NCBI GenBank assembly: GCA_051294905.1
Contig: CM119372.1
Coordinates: forward strand, 3,350,001-3,414,000
Reading direction: 5' to 3'
Length of the DNA: 64,000 bases
Source of the DNA: Botryllus schlosseri
Taxonomy: Eukaryota
In this document: positions 12,734 through 24,362 of the stretch, in pieces
How positions within the stretch are numbered: the stretch's first letter is position 1
How the letters are laid out: each line of letters starts with the position of its first letter
Made by a program: the position numbers and the translations under genes
Notes under the pieces: generated by a model
Seen by the model: the letters and a program-made list of their open reading frames with translations, nothing else
The model's database searches: none
What the model was told of the DNA's origin: nothing

Positions 12734-14092
12734 CAGGCCGTGTTATTTTTGGCATATGCCAAAACTGCCAAAAATAACTTATTTTTGGCATTTTTCGATT
12801 TTTATTTTTGGCAGTTTTGGCATCGTCTTCTAAATGGATAGTTTCAGCCTCGAATTAGTCACAAAAACGCTTTATTTGGGCTAATTTGTCAAAAGACACC
12901 ACAAAATGTGCAGCATCCACGTATAATCAGTGCCAACAAACAATAATAAGAAGAAAAAACCTAACGATTTCATAGGTTGATAATATCAAACGAAACCACA
13001 AAATGTGCAGTATCCATCGGAATCGGTGCCTATAAGCAAAAACGAAGAAAGAAAAGCCTAACAAACACGTTCAACAGCTGATTGTTACAGCTGTTGAATA
13101 GACTGAAATCATTTGCACTGTAACAGTGCTTCCAAACTCAGGTCAGCTAAGTTTCTCCTAAATTCATTTCTCGCTCAGCGAATCTGGGAAATATCGGCTT
13201 CAACAGTAGCCGTTGAGGGAATGAATGTTGCCAGTCATCCACAAAAGGTTTTCAGAGCTTCAAAATCTTTGGAGGGCCGAACCGGCATCCATGCATCATG
13301 AAAAGCGATCACTTCGCCAGTGCCATCAATCTCATCGCGGAAAGAATTTTCTTCCCGATCCTTTTCCAGGAGTTTCCTGTGTTGTCTCTCAACACATTCT
13401 ATTTAGTAGCCCGACTATCATTTCTCCTTCAGTCTACCGATATATTTTCGGAGGACTTTTGTCACTTCAGGTGGCTTTAATATTACCAACTCGCATGGAA
13501 GAGTCCTGGGAAGGTTAGCTTGTTTAAGAACATTGACGCAACAAGACTGACTGGCAAAAGGAGACTATGCAGCTCAGAAATAGTCAGACAGTTTGCTGCG
13601 TCACAATGTTCAACTCGATCACAATGCAAAAATCGTGATTGATTTTGGAGGTTCCAGTTCCATGAGCAGAATATAGTTTATATATTAATAATCAGTACTG
13701 CGGCAGTTTCTCATTGATATCCGTTTTATCAAATTTCGCGCTCGACAAGCCGGTCAAAAATGGTCGTAAAATTGCCTTTGGACAAATGGAAAGTATGACG
13801 TAAACCCAATGCAGTCAGCCGTTCAATCTCGCTGTGCCCACACCATTTAGGACACCATGCTTTCACCCCTCATGGGTGGGCTGGACCCAGATTAAGAAAC
13901 CTGCCTTTCACAAACGCTCTTCTCGCTTGTAACGCGGTCCTGTTAACACAGCACCATAAACGAAATGCATGATTTGGCAGGCCGTGTTATTTTTGGCATA
14001 AGCCAAAAATTGCTTATTTTTGGCATTTTCAAATTTTTATTTTTGACAGTTTTGGCATCTGGCTCCTGAAATGCCAAAAATAACACGGCCTG
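12734..14092 (-). mobile_element. Internally deleted hAT-like element with transposase C-terminal remnant
   Basis: 22-bp TIR caggccgtgttatttttggcat; perfect TSD gccatagt (12726-12733, 14093-14100). Minus strand ~13305-13085 reads FHDAW..FEALKTFCG*LATFIPSTATVEADISQIR*ARNEFRRNLADLSLEALLQCK. Confidence 0.85.
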
Positions 14093-15132
14093 GCCATAGT
14101 CAAAGAATGTATACTTTCGCATCGTATTCCGTACCTGATTTATCCGGTATAAATTACGTATGGAAACACGGCGTTCACGCGGACTCCCTTCGGGGCGTAC
14201 TCCAGCGCTGTTGTCTTGGTAAACTGATTGACAGCGGCCTTGCTCATGCAATAGAACAAGTTGGATGTGATCTGCTTCTCGGCGTAATAGCTCGATATGT
14301 TTACAACGTTCCCCTTCGTTTTCAAAAGGTAAGGCATTGCTTGTTGTGTTATTCGTACCATTGACTTTACGTTGACTTAGAAGAGACGGTCGAAACTGTC
14401 CAGTGTCCATTGTACAGTTCTCGAGATCACTCCCGATAGCACACCCTGCGTTATTAACCAGAATATCGATACTCGGGAACCTTGAGACAGTCATTTCAAT
14501 CACTGATTTGACCTCCTGCATGTTCTCGAACTCTGCCTTCACAATCAACACGTCCTTGGCCCCCTTACCTTTACATAGTGTTGCAACGGTGTTGAGATTT
14601 TCTAGGTTTCGTCCTGTAATAGTGAGAAAGCAACCGTGTTCAGCGAACGCTAAAGCAGCCGCTCGTCCAATACCACTTGAGGCGCCAGTAATTACTACGA
14701 CTTTACCCAGGAATTCCATAGCTGTCATGTAAATCTAACACAGAAAGGGGATAGATGCTCATTCAATTACGTAAGTAGCTCAAAACATCACGGAATATAG
14801 GGAAATATATCCAGGTCTGATGGTGTGATGGGATTTTGATAACAGCATACTCGATCGATAACACATCAGCTATCATATATATATATATATAGGCCAGGCT
14901 AATCGCCGCTTGCAATTAGGCTGTGTTATACAATGAACAGTACATTGCATAAGGTCAGTCGTTCTACAGGTAATCATATTTACCAATACAATCACAGCAA
15001 TACTCTTATAACCCTCTGCATATCTCCTCTCCCTACCGAACTGCTATCAAATTTAATGAATGTCAATATTTGCTCGTCAGTCACCACCGTTGAGGGTGAT
15101 GTAACCATAGTGGTCTAAGGAAATGTAGACAC

Positions 15133-18100
15133 TAGGGTTGTTCAAAATTTGGAAAATGTTTGGAATTCTGCGTGTCCATCGCTTATTTTGTAGATTATTG
15201 TTAAAAAACAATAATGGGCTTGAAAGAAGCTCGCAGGAGAGCCGCTAACATTTGTCTAAATGCGTTTGAAAGTAGCCGTCGGCGAGTGGGCGGGGAATCG
15301 ATGAAGTGGGCGGGCAAAGAGAAGCCATTAATCCTGATTGGTTGAAGCCGGTAATAATAAGCTAATGATTGGCTGGAAGACCGACTTTGTGAACACTGCT
15401 GGTAACGATTTTTGCGTGCTGTTGTGCAGTCGTTTCTGTTGGTGGCATTACAGACATGATATATTGCCTTAGTTAATGTTGTCACCAAGAGTCCATAGTA
15501 CAACATCGCAACCGCCTAAGTTAATATCTACCTGTAGAAAGTGCTATGTATTGCACAGGTGCTCTCGCTAGTTGAGATACGAATAAACTAGATGCATGCA
15601 TATTGCTACCTTTCCAAAAGTTACTGACAGTGAGTGAAACTCAAAAATTTACCACCAGGAGTCAACATCTCAGTAGTACTTGTTATGACTGGTCGACGTC
15701 TCACCCATAAACAAACGCATATTACACTTTTTATTCACAATTGAATGAAGGCGAAAAGCACTATTTACAAAAGACATTAAAAAAGTACGTGGCAGATCAG
15801 TGTTGCATTGTCAGGCACAAGTTGCAGATTACAGGCTTTTGATTAGAGTTGACTTCCTGCTGTCTTCCTATGCTGTTCCACAGCTTGAAGCAGACTGTCT
15901 CTTTGTTGTTCATTGTCAGTCAAGATTGCAGCATAGTCTGTGCTTAGCTTTACACCTCGTTCTGCAGCATCATTAACGACTTTGACAGAACTGATGTAGG
16001 AGCTCATTCTGGTGTAGGAATCTGATAAGTGTTAAACATCAACCGGTTGAGCTAGCCACGCCCCCCAAAAACATCAAATATGTACCACGACTGTGGTCCA
16101 ATAAAATCAGACAAAGTAGTGTCCTTGTTGATGCGTACAGTTGCATTCAACGAGGGCGGGCCTCTCCTGAAACTTGAAGTTCGCTCTACCTGTAGGAGCG
16201 TCTTTGCCATATTTTCTCGGGTTTCATTGCTTTCACTCGGCGAAAACAAGGCATATACAGCGGTTTCCTCCACGATATACCAGTCATGCTTTAAAAGCTT
16301 TTGTGAAGCAGCTTTGGAAACTTGTTCATCATGTTCCTTGTAACTCAACATGTCCTGGATGAATCTCAAGTCATTACCGGCTGCATCACGACCGATGCTG
16401 GAAGCAGCCCAGGCAGGGATATAGAAGAGAACTAAAAATAAATTGAAGCGATGCAGCAGTTCCACTTCTTCAGATTTGTAATGTAACTGATCAGCCCACA
16501 TGAACATCTCCTGAGCATACAGAATTGTGCCCATCCACCTTGCATGGTGTGTTGCACCAGGTTTGTGATGATGTATATCTCCATCTGCACCGAGAAGAGC
16601 AAGAGCATTAGTCACACATTGTTTGTAGTCATCCCGTGTGAAGAAATCTTTTCTGGCGAGTAGTAGCTTGAAGTTCTCAACTGTCATTGCTGCTCGTTCT
16701 TTAAAGCATATAGGAATAGTCAGAGTCTTGAATTGCTGTTTTCTGTCAAGACTGCTCCAGCTCTTCTTAAGGTGGGCAAACCATGTGTTCTCTGGTCCGG
16801 TTGTTGCTTTTCCAAATAAACATTTCCAGACGTCTTTGACTACTAGCTCATACACATGGTGCCGACACGCATGGTAAAAAACCTTCTTTCCTAGAAGGTC
16901 CTCAAGGATTTTCGCTGCACCCTTCTTCCAGCCGCTGTTGCTTGCCGTGGTGTCAAAAACCAAAGCTGTTACAGCATCTTGTATATCCCACTTTTTAATT
17001 ATGTCGAAAGTAGTTTCAGCTTGTGTCTGACCTGCCGCATTTTGTATCTTCTGAATTCCAAGTAGTTTTCCTTCCGAGTATTGAGGTTGACAAGATAGAA
17101 CAATTGACAAAGCTTCATATCGATTTCCTAATCTATCCTCTGTGAGCTTTCCATCCCAATGAATGGCAACATGCTGTGGTCTATTTTCGGCAAATTTTTC
17201 CAAAATGTCCTGAGATATTTCCAGGCGATTTGTTTCCCTGGCTCTCTTCGTTGAAGATCCTGACAGGGAAAACATGGCTATATCTCCTCCACAAGCCTTA
17301 ATAAATGCTCCCATCAGCATCGTTGCATCGTTGTCAGTTACTTGCAATCGATCCAGAGCTTGGGAAACATGCGTATTTTTCATAATATTTTTAGGTGCCA
17401 TCAGTTTAATGGATTGGGTCGAGGTGCCAAGTCCAACATCTGCATCATAGTCAGAACTTGAACTCAAACTGTCACCCTCTTTTGAAGATGACGATGATGC
17501 TAAAACAACATAGTCACAACTTGAGTCGTGTGAAACGTTTTCAACAGTTTGATCTGCAATGGCTGCTGTTTTCTTTTTGAGGTCTTTAGCCAGAATTTTG
17601 TCTCTTCCCAACATTATTGACTGGCGAGATTGCCGTTGATCTTCATAAAATGCAATGTCTTCAAGCTTTCTTTCATGTGATAGATAAATGTCATTTTTTA
17701 TTGTTGTTATGGCATCTCTACTTCCAATATCCCACAGCTTGTCCAAATCATCAGTGAATTTTCTCCTCTTACCCTTGGGATCACTTTCCTGTTTCGGATT
17801 CTTCTTCAGATCACGCCATCTTTCGTGCAGGTTTTGAAGTGATCGCACCACATGTGATTTCTGCATTGTCGCAATTCTCGCCATTTTCCACACTGTCATT
17901 ACATCATCCACCACCACAGTACATTGTTCATGAGTTAATGAGTAGGGGTTGACTGAGGACAATGCTCTTTCAGATGCAGCAAGTAACTCATTACTTCTCG
18001 TATAGTAGGTAATCTAGAGCCACAGATGTAATCGCAAGTATATCCGACCAAGTACTGCTCAGATTTGGATCTTGTTCTTCGCTGCGGCATGTGTGCAATC

Positions 18101-18563
18101 TTTCGCCGTTTTGCCTCTGCCATGACTGCACTATTGTTGCTCCAAAGCATAAACTACTGCTATCGACTGTGAAGCATTCAAAGAACACGTGTTACAGTAC
18201 TACTAATGACTCATCAACACACAACGCGCTTGTACAGAACCACAACCGCTACTAACAGACTCTACCTCAGCAAAACAGACTTTCAATTTAGTAAAGCGAA
18301 GCTCCCGAATCCGAGTCAGCTGTTGCAGTAATCAGTGAAGCTTAGCCGATTACCCAATCAAGAACCGTGGTTTCGTGATTGCCCGCCTCTGCTGTCGGTT
18401 GCCCGCCCACTCTTCAACAACGACTTTCAAACGCATTTAGACAAATGTTAGCGGCTTTCCTGGGAGCTTCTTTCAAGCCCATTATTGTTTTTTAACAATA
18501 ATCTAAAGAATAAGCGATGGACACGCAGAATTCCAAACATTTTCCAAATTTTGAACAACCCTA
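15133..18563 (-). mobile_element. Full-length hAT-superfamily (hATm-type) DNA transposon
   Basis: 141-bp TIRs (15133-15273, 18423-18563) starting tagggttgttcaaaa; perfect 8-bp TSD gtagacac (15125-15132, 18564-18571); contains a transposase gene. Confidence 0.93.
15830..18123 (-). pseudogene. hATm-type DDE transposase, frameshifted (main ORF 17962-16052, 636 aa)
   Basis: Motifs HWDGK (D1), FDTTASNSG (D2), ACRHH (CxxH), PGATHHARWM. The catalytic-E motif VVNDAAERGVKL lies after a stop and frameshift at ~16050-16030. The N-terminus MAEAKRRK (18123) is in another frame (frameshift ~17965). Confidence 0.9.
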
Positions 18564-19198
18564 GTAGACACCAACGTTCGTTCCGCTTCAGCGGTTCACG
18601 CAGTGCACAGTGCTCTAAATGGCAGCAAGATTACATACGTTAATGTTGTTAATGTGTGACACAATTGACAAGTGACGATATTGAATCATCTGATCAGAAT
18701 AATAGTGGCATGAGCGATTGATTAACTCGCGATTTGATTTGTGTTGCTGGTGTCTAGGTGTGAGAGGAGTTTATGCCCACTTATGCCAAACCAATTGGAA
18801 TTAAATGGTCTTGAAACGTTTTTAGATTAAATTGATCAATCGTCAACACATCATAATGTAGCTTTGAGTGGCTTGCTCCCGAATCAATTCACGAAATACT
18901 GACGCTCGAAGAAGAATACATTTCGCCTATGCATTCGTCCTCACAAGCAGATATCCATACCGGAAGTAACTGGCGACAAAGTTCTCCCATTGAAGTTACA
19001 GGACATGTGGACATCACTGACGTCATATGTCCATCACCCTGCATGTTATCAATCATTGCGGAGTCGACCTATAGTCGTTGTAGTGCAGCACCAGCAGCCC
19101 TGCGCTACTGCCATCTATCGATGCCTCGCGATTTCACTTCCACGTTGTGTACTTCGGCAGCAGCACGCTTTCTTCATATTTTCCCGTATGGTGTAGAC

Positions 19199-22144
19199 CA
19201 GGGGTGGGCAAACCTTTTACTTCGCCGGCCGCATTCAGCATTTGAATCCATTCGCGGGCCGCAAAATATAAAATTGGGATACTAAGCCCAAATCCAATAT
19301 TGTTATATGATTAAATAGTGCAAAACACATCGGCCTCGGGCTCGGGCTATCGCGCCACCAATGGAATAAAAAAATGTGGTAAGAATCAGGACTGTAACAG
19401 GACTTCGTCAGGCCCCCCAAAACGTTGGTCTTGCCCCTCACCATAAGATGATAAACCGAACTTCTGCTATATGCTGTTTGCCCCCACTTATTATCTGCAT
19501 TAGGAGTCCTTTTAGCGCTTGTTTCGTCTTAACGCGCGAAACGCGAAAAATTTCTGTAATTTATGATTGAATCGGTTTGATTGATCGGGAATTGCATATA
19601 ATATATTGCTATCATTTTTTATCCTCTCTCTGCCCGCGTAATCAGATTTATCGGTAGAGCTGTGTGAGGTGTGTTGGAAAAGGTAGTACCCCTAAATAAT
19701 AAATTAACATTATCGGGCTTACCCGCTGGTACAATGACTTCGTTACATGATGCTATTTCGTGATCTCCTATCTGCAATATCAAAAGATATTGAAATCGCC
19801 CTAACTTTCTAAACTAAAAGACGTACACGATTTCAAATTAGTATTTCTTTACAGGCAAATAATATGCCCTCGAAATGGTATTTGTTTTGTGAGGTTCAAA
19901 TCGCCAGGACAGGAACATTCGGCGCCAGCCATTTGGGCGCCTATGGACAATTGAACATAATGTGTATATCGTATTATCTGAAATGAAAAGTAACAAAGCA
20001 GTAGGACCCGATCTCATCCCAACTCACTTTCTGAAGCTAGTCTTTAATATTATTGGTGATGTTATATGCATTTTCTTTAATGAGTCGATACGTCTAGGCA
20101 TTTTCCCAGATGCACTGAAAACTGCCAGAGTAATGCCAGTGTTCAAGAAAGGCTGTAAAAAGCTAATTTCTAACTACCGACCAATATCTGTTTTGCCAAA
20201 TCTTGCCACGGTTTTTGAGAAACTGATTGACTGCCGACTAAAGAACTTTTTTGAATTGAATGCAGTACTGTCTCCGACTCAGCATGGATTCAGATCCAAC
20301 CCCAACACCAACCATGCAATACTATCAATTGTAACGGACTATTAAAAAACCATCAAGCAAAAAGAAAGTGGCTGCAGCATTTTTATCGATCTCCGCAAAG
20401 CTTTCGACACAGTTAACCACAGAATCTTAAGATACAAGCTAGAACACTATATGGAATCAGGGGTATTGCAGCAACTCTACTTGAAAGCTACCTGGCAAAC
20501 CGTAAACAATTTGTTAAACTGGGGTCATTAAGAACGACTACCAGAGATATAACTTGTGGAGTGCCACAAGGCTCAGTCCTTGGACCGACTTTTTTCCTCA
20601 TTTATATTAACGACATTGTTAATGCATCTTTATTCCGCACAACGCTATTTGCTGATGATACTCACCTCTTCATAACCTCCAACACTGTCGATGGTTTGCA
20701 TGCATCTGTGAATATGGAACTCCCAAAAGTGTCGAGATGGCTCCAAGCAAACAAACTAAGTTTGAATGCAGATAAGACCGAGATGCTCGTTTTAAATAAT
20801 GCCAGTCATAATTTCACTGTGAACATCAATCATAAACAAATCTCAATATGTGACTCAGCAAAATATCTCGGCGTCACCATTGATTCCAAATTGTCTTGGA
20901 AGCAGCATATTGAATGCACAATATCAAAACTAGCTCGGTGTGTGGGAATAATGACCCGTCTCCAATCTTTGGCTTCCAGATCAGTGCTACGAACCATCTA
21001 CTTCTCTCTTTTCCACTCTCATCTGCAATATGGAATCGTAGTATGGGGAAATGCATGCACAACATTTTTGTGCAGAATTCGAACCCTGCAAAACCGTGCG
21101 ATACGGCTGATCTCATCTGTACCTTTACGTACCAATTTATCGCCTTACTACCGTAAGCATCGAATTTTGCGAGTTGATGAACTATATCGCTTCGAAGTAT
21201 CAAAAGTTGTTCACAAATATTTTTCCAATAGTCTGCCTCCTGTGTTTGATGACTTTTTCATACCTGCTAAACATGTCCATTCCCATTACACGAGATCCTC
21301 GTCTAAAGGAAACATCTACTTACCCCCACCCAATAGCAACCTAACTAAGAGATCTATCGACTACTCGGGACCTATCATCTGGAATGCATTACCACCACAC
21401 ATCCGTGAATTGCCTTATAATAGATTCAAAAAAGCCCTACTTGATCACCTCTTGTCGTTACACTAACACTGTTGCCCTACCTCGCCCAGACATTGCTTCA
21501 TTGATCATTTGCCACCATTGTTTAATTTTTTTTTTCTATTTTCCTTTAACTAAACATTTCTTTACAGCCAGACTGTTCAGAGTCAAGTGTACCTGTTTGA
21601 TGCTGGTGTGATCGGACTAGATGACCTTCACGGTCTTATCGATCATTCCTATCTAATACCGAATACTGTGCACGCATATTTTCTGTACCACACTCACTGC
21701 CGTTTGTTATGTATTTTGGTTCGATGAAAATAAAGACTCTCTCTCTCTCAGAACAAGGGAAGCCCTTTTCGGCCAAGTTCATCTCGCTTCTGATCGTTCT
21801 GGCACGCTTCTATCTCGGAGTCGCATACTTTATTGCTACATGGCCTATAACTTCATATATGTCTTGGTGCGTCGTGGCGCATTCGACAACATCAAATCGC
21901 GCACAGCGCGAAAAAATTTGAAAAAGTTTCATAAATTTATAAAGAAAATACTTTTGCGGCAGTTCAGGTCTTGGTAAGAATATAATTTATCATTATCATG
22001 CTGAAATATATTGAGAAAAAGTTTCATCAAGTACCCACAGTAATTTCATTTTTGTACGCATTCTCTCAATTTTTTTACATCGTTTCTTGAGGCTTTCGCG
22101 GGCCGCACAAAACGGTGTTGCGGGCCGTAGTTTGCCCACCTTTG
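19199..22144. mobile_element. Non-autonomous hAT MITE (Charlie-type) hosting a LINE
   Basis: TIR caggggtgggcaaac / gtttgcccacctttg; perfect TSD gtgtagac (19191-19198, 22145-22152). Confidence 0.88.
19970..21749 (+). mobile_element. 5'-truncated CR1/L2-group non-LTR retrotransposon (reverse transcriptase part of ORF2, defective)
   Basis: GPDLIP..NYRPISVLP..QHGFR, VPQGSVLGP, LFADD, KYLGV and WNALP motifs. Stop at 20343 and frameshift ~20450. 3' stem-loop gacc-ttcac-ggtc, AATAAA and (CT)n tail; no TSD seen. Confidence 0.92.
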
Positions 22145-24096
22145 GTGTAGACACAAGCAAATCTCAAGGCTCAGTGAAATTGGTCTACGTCACACTTTCC
22201 ATTGGGCTAAAGGCAATTTGAGGGTAATTTTTGACCGACTTGAATTGCGTAAATTTGATAAAACGAGTATCAATCAAAAGCTACCGCGGTACTGATTACG
22301 AAAATATAAATTTTATTCCGCTCATGGCCCTGGAACCACCATAATCGGTCTTGAATTTTTAATTGTTATGGAGAGCGTAGCTCAGGAGCACATGAGCGGC
22401 TGCGCGGCGAGCGTTCTCAGCTGGCGTCGCAGCAATGATACCTCCGTACTACTTCTTACGCAAAAGGTCTCCGGCATTCAGAAAAATCCGAATGGTGATT
22501 GAGATATGATAAACCAAATTCCAACGTCACCGTTCAGTTGAAGCTCCTATATTCCTGAAAAGGGGTATATAGGCATAGGCTTATTGGTAAATAGAGTATT
22601 TCAGTGAAAAAAAGGTAAGGATCTGGTGGTAACATTTTCGAATCATTTGACTGATCCCGCCCGAAAGCTATCTAATAAAGGATTGAATCCGGACCGCGAC
22701 TCCAGTTTAGTTCGACACCCCTGCTGTAAACCTTCAATCAACATTGTACCTGCTGCTTTAGCGGAAGAAGTTCTACCCTCAGATACATGACAAGGAACGG
22801 CTGGTAATGTGCGCTCAGACTTAATCAAAGCGACCATACAAAATATCGACATACCCGCCATCAACAGCGCAACGTGTCCCTGGAGTCCTACACAACAAGC
22901 GGGATAAGCGAATCGATATCATAATCATCTGACATATCAAATGTATGCACTATGCAGCTACCTAGACGGAAAGATCTCTATAAAGAGAATGCCCGAAAAT
23001 TCGTAGGCCCCTAATGGATTCTGTGGTCCCAGTTCTACCGTTACAAGACAAAGGCTGGTGTGTGCTCGCTTCTACCGAAGCGCCCAGAAAGTACCAACAG
23101 CGCAACTCGGCAACATTTCTCTGCGAAGCGATCGCACTTCGAAACACAAGCTCATTACCCATTGCCGCGACGCCAGTTGAGCATTCTCACTCTCGCCGCT
23201 CCTGTAATTCCTGTGCTACGCTCTCGTTAGGTCAGACAGCATTGTTGCGCAACAATGCCTATCTCCTTAACGATGAGAAATTTGAGGCCGATTGTGGGGG
23301 TTCCGGGGCCATGAGCGGAATAAAATTTATATTTTCGTAATCAGTATAGCGGAAGCTTTCTATTGATACCCGCGGCCGTTTTATCAAATTTAAAGCTCGG
23401 CCAGCCGGTCAAAATTTATCGTCAAATTGCCTTTAGCCAAATGGAAGTGTGACGTAGACCAAATTAACCAAGCCATGAGATTTGCTTATGTCCACACCAT
23501 ATAGGACACTGCTTTCATAAAGTATCTTCAGATGGTGCTATATCTTTGATCATCAGCTACATGAGAGGGTCTTTTACGCACAAAAGTGAATAAGTATAAA
23601 TCTGCCTCTTCAGTATGACCTTATTACTGTTCACTGTCTGTAGTCGCTAACTGCACCAAAGATGATTAGAGTTAACGGTTACGTCCTTCCTCAATTTTTG
23701 TGCCTCCACAACTTACCCACTTTCACCTATAGATGCACTCGCATTTATTATCACCCATGCCAATGAAAAGACAATCCGTATAGGCGTCCTGTATTGCACC
23801 AGAGGCAACACCTTGATATGGAATATCCGACGAGGGTCATATGGCGCGGTACGCTTGGAAACATAGCAAGAACAACGTTCGGGACACCATATTAATATCT
23901 ACTTCCAAGATGACAATGTCACATATCAACTGCTAAAAAGCATCGACAAAGATCACAAAGTGGCGGGAAAATGGTATTCGATAATAGGATGAAGTCACGG
24001 TAGCATCCAGACGTAACAAGACCGAGTGTTGATTCGAGCGCCCTCGATCCTTGAGCGCTACGCTGCGTGATTCAGAAGTAGCTTTCCAACATCTAT

Positions 24097-24102
24097 TTTA
24101 TT
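24097..24102 (-). promoter_or_regulatory. Putative polyadenylation signal of the intact SDR gene
   Basis: AATAAA on the minus strand ~74 nt after the stop codon. Confidence 0.5.
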
Positions 24103-24175
24103 CATTCTTGCATTCTATAGCGGTTTGAAGAATTGAATCTTAAATATGTGCTGTTCTTGAAACGATTGCTAAGAC

Positions 24176-24362
24176 TTATGATGCGAGGCTCTTGGCTCCA
24201 TCGAGAACTAAACACTGTCCAGTCGTCCAAGCAGATCGGTCTGATGCCATGAACAAAATGGCGTTGGCGCATTCGTCCACCTTTCCAATTCTACCTAGAG
24301 GTATACCAGCGGCTACATTCTCGTAAAATTGGTCCAGTTGTTCCGATGTCTCGAACCGATCC
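24176..24362 (-). CDS. Classical SDR oxidoreductase (FabG-like fold), exon 2 of 2
   Basis: Acceptor tttgaag|g; reads (R)DRFETSEQLDQFYENVAAGIPLGRIGKVDECANAILFMASDRSAWTTGQCLVLDGAKSLAS*, a typical SDR C-terminus (PLGR, TG..DG). Confidence 0.9.

Larger units (their letters stand above)
11078..14728 (-). pseudogene. SDR paralogue 2 (pseudogene): exons 14728-14135 and 11264-11078
   Basis: TGASSGIG, NNAG and YCMSK motifs are present. A 7-bp insertion near 14400 shifts the frame; in-frame stops at ~14378 (CAA>TAA), 14140 and 11129 (TGG>TGA). Same phase-2 intron as the intact copy, expanded by two hAT insertions. Confidence 0.9.
19183..23511. mobile_element. Long-TIR (foldback-like) non-autonomous element containing a nested MITE and LINE
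   Basis: 19183-19198 plus 22153-22360 is an imperfect inverted repeat of ~23278-23511 (end ...cacaccatataggacactg); a related TIR fragment lies at ~13660-13855. Confidence 0.7.
18900..24060 (+). pseudogene. Decayed protein-coding relic of unknown family (copy B), split by the 19183-23511 insertion
   Basis: SLRSRPIVVVV..QPC / LAISLP matches copy A SLRSKHIVVPV..QSC / VVSLP. Resumes after 23511 (GLLRTKV, SLTAPKMIRVNG, VRDTILI, DNVTYQLLKSIDKD..VAGK). Confidence 0.5.

Noticed and set aside
13943..14728. 261-aa ORF as an intact SDR
   Set aside because: It leaves the SDR frame after ..ENCTMD at the 7-bp insertion and runs into intron and transposon sequence.
14403..14732. + strand ORFs here and at 25421-25786 and 7352-7849
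   Set aside because: Antisense shadows of the SDR coding sequence.
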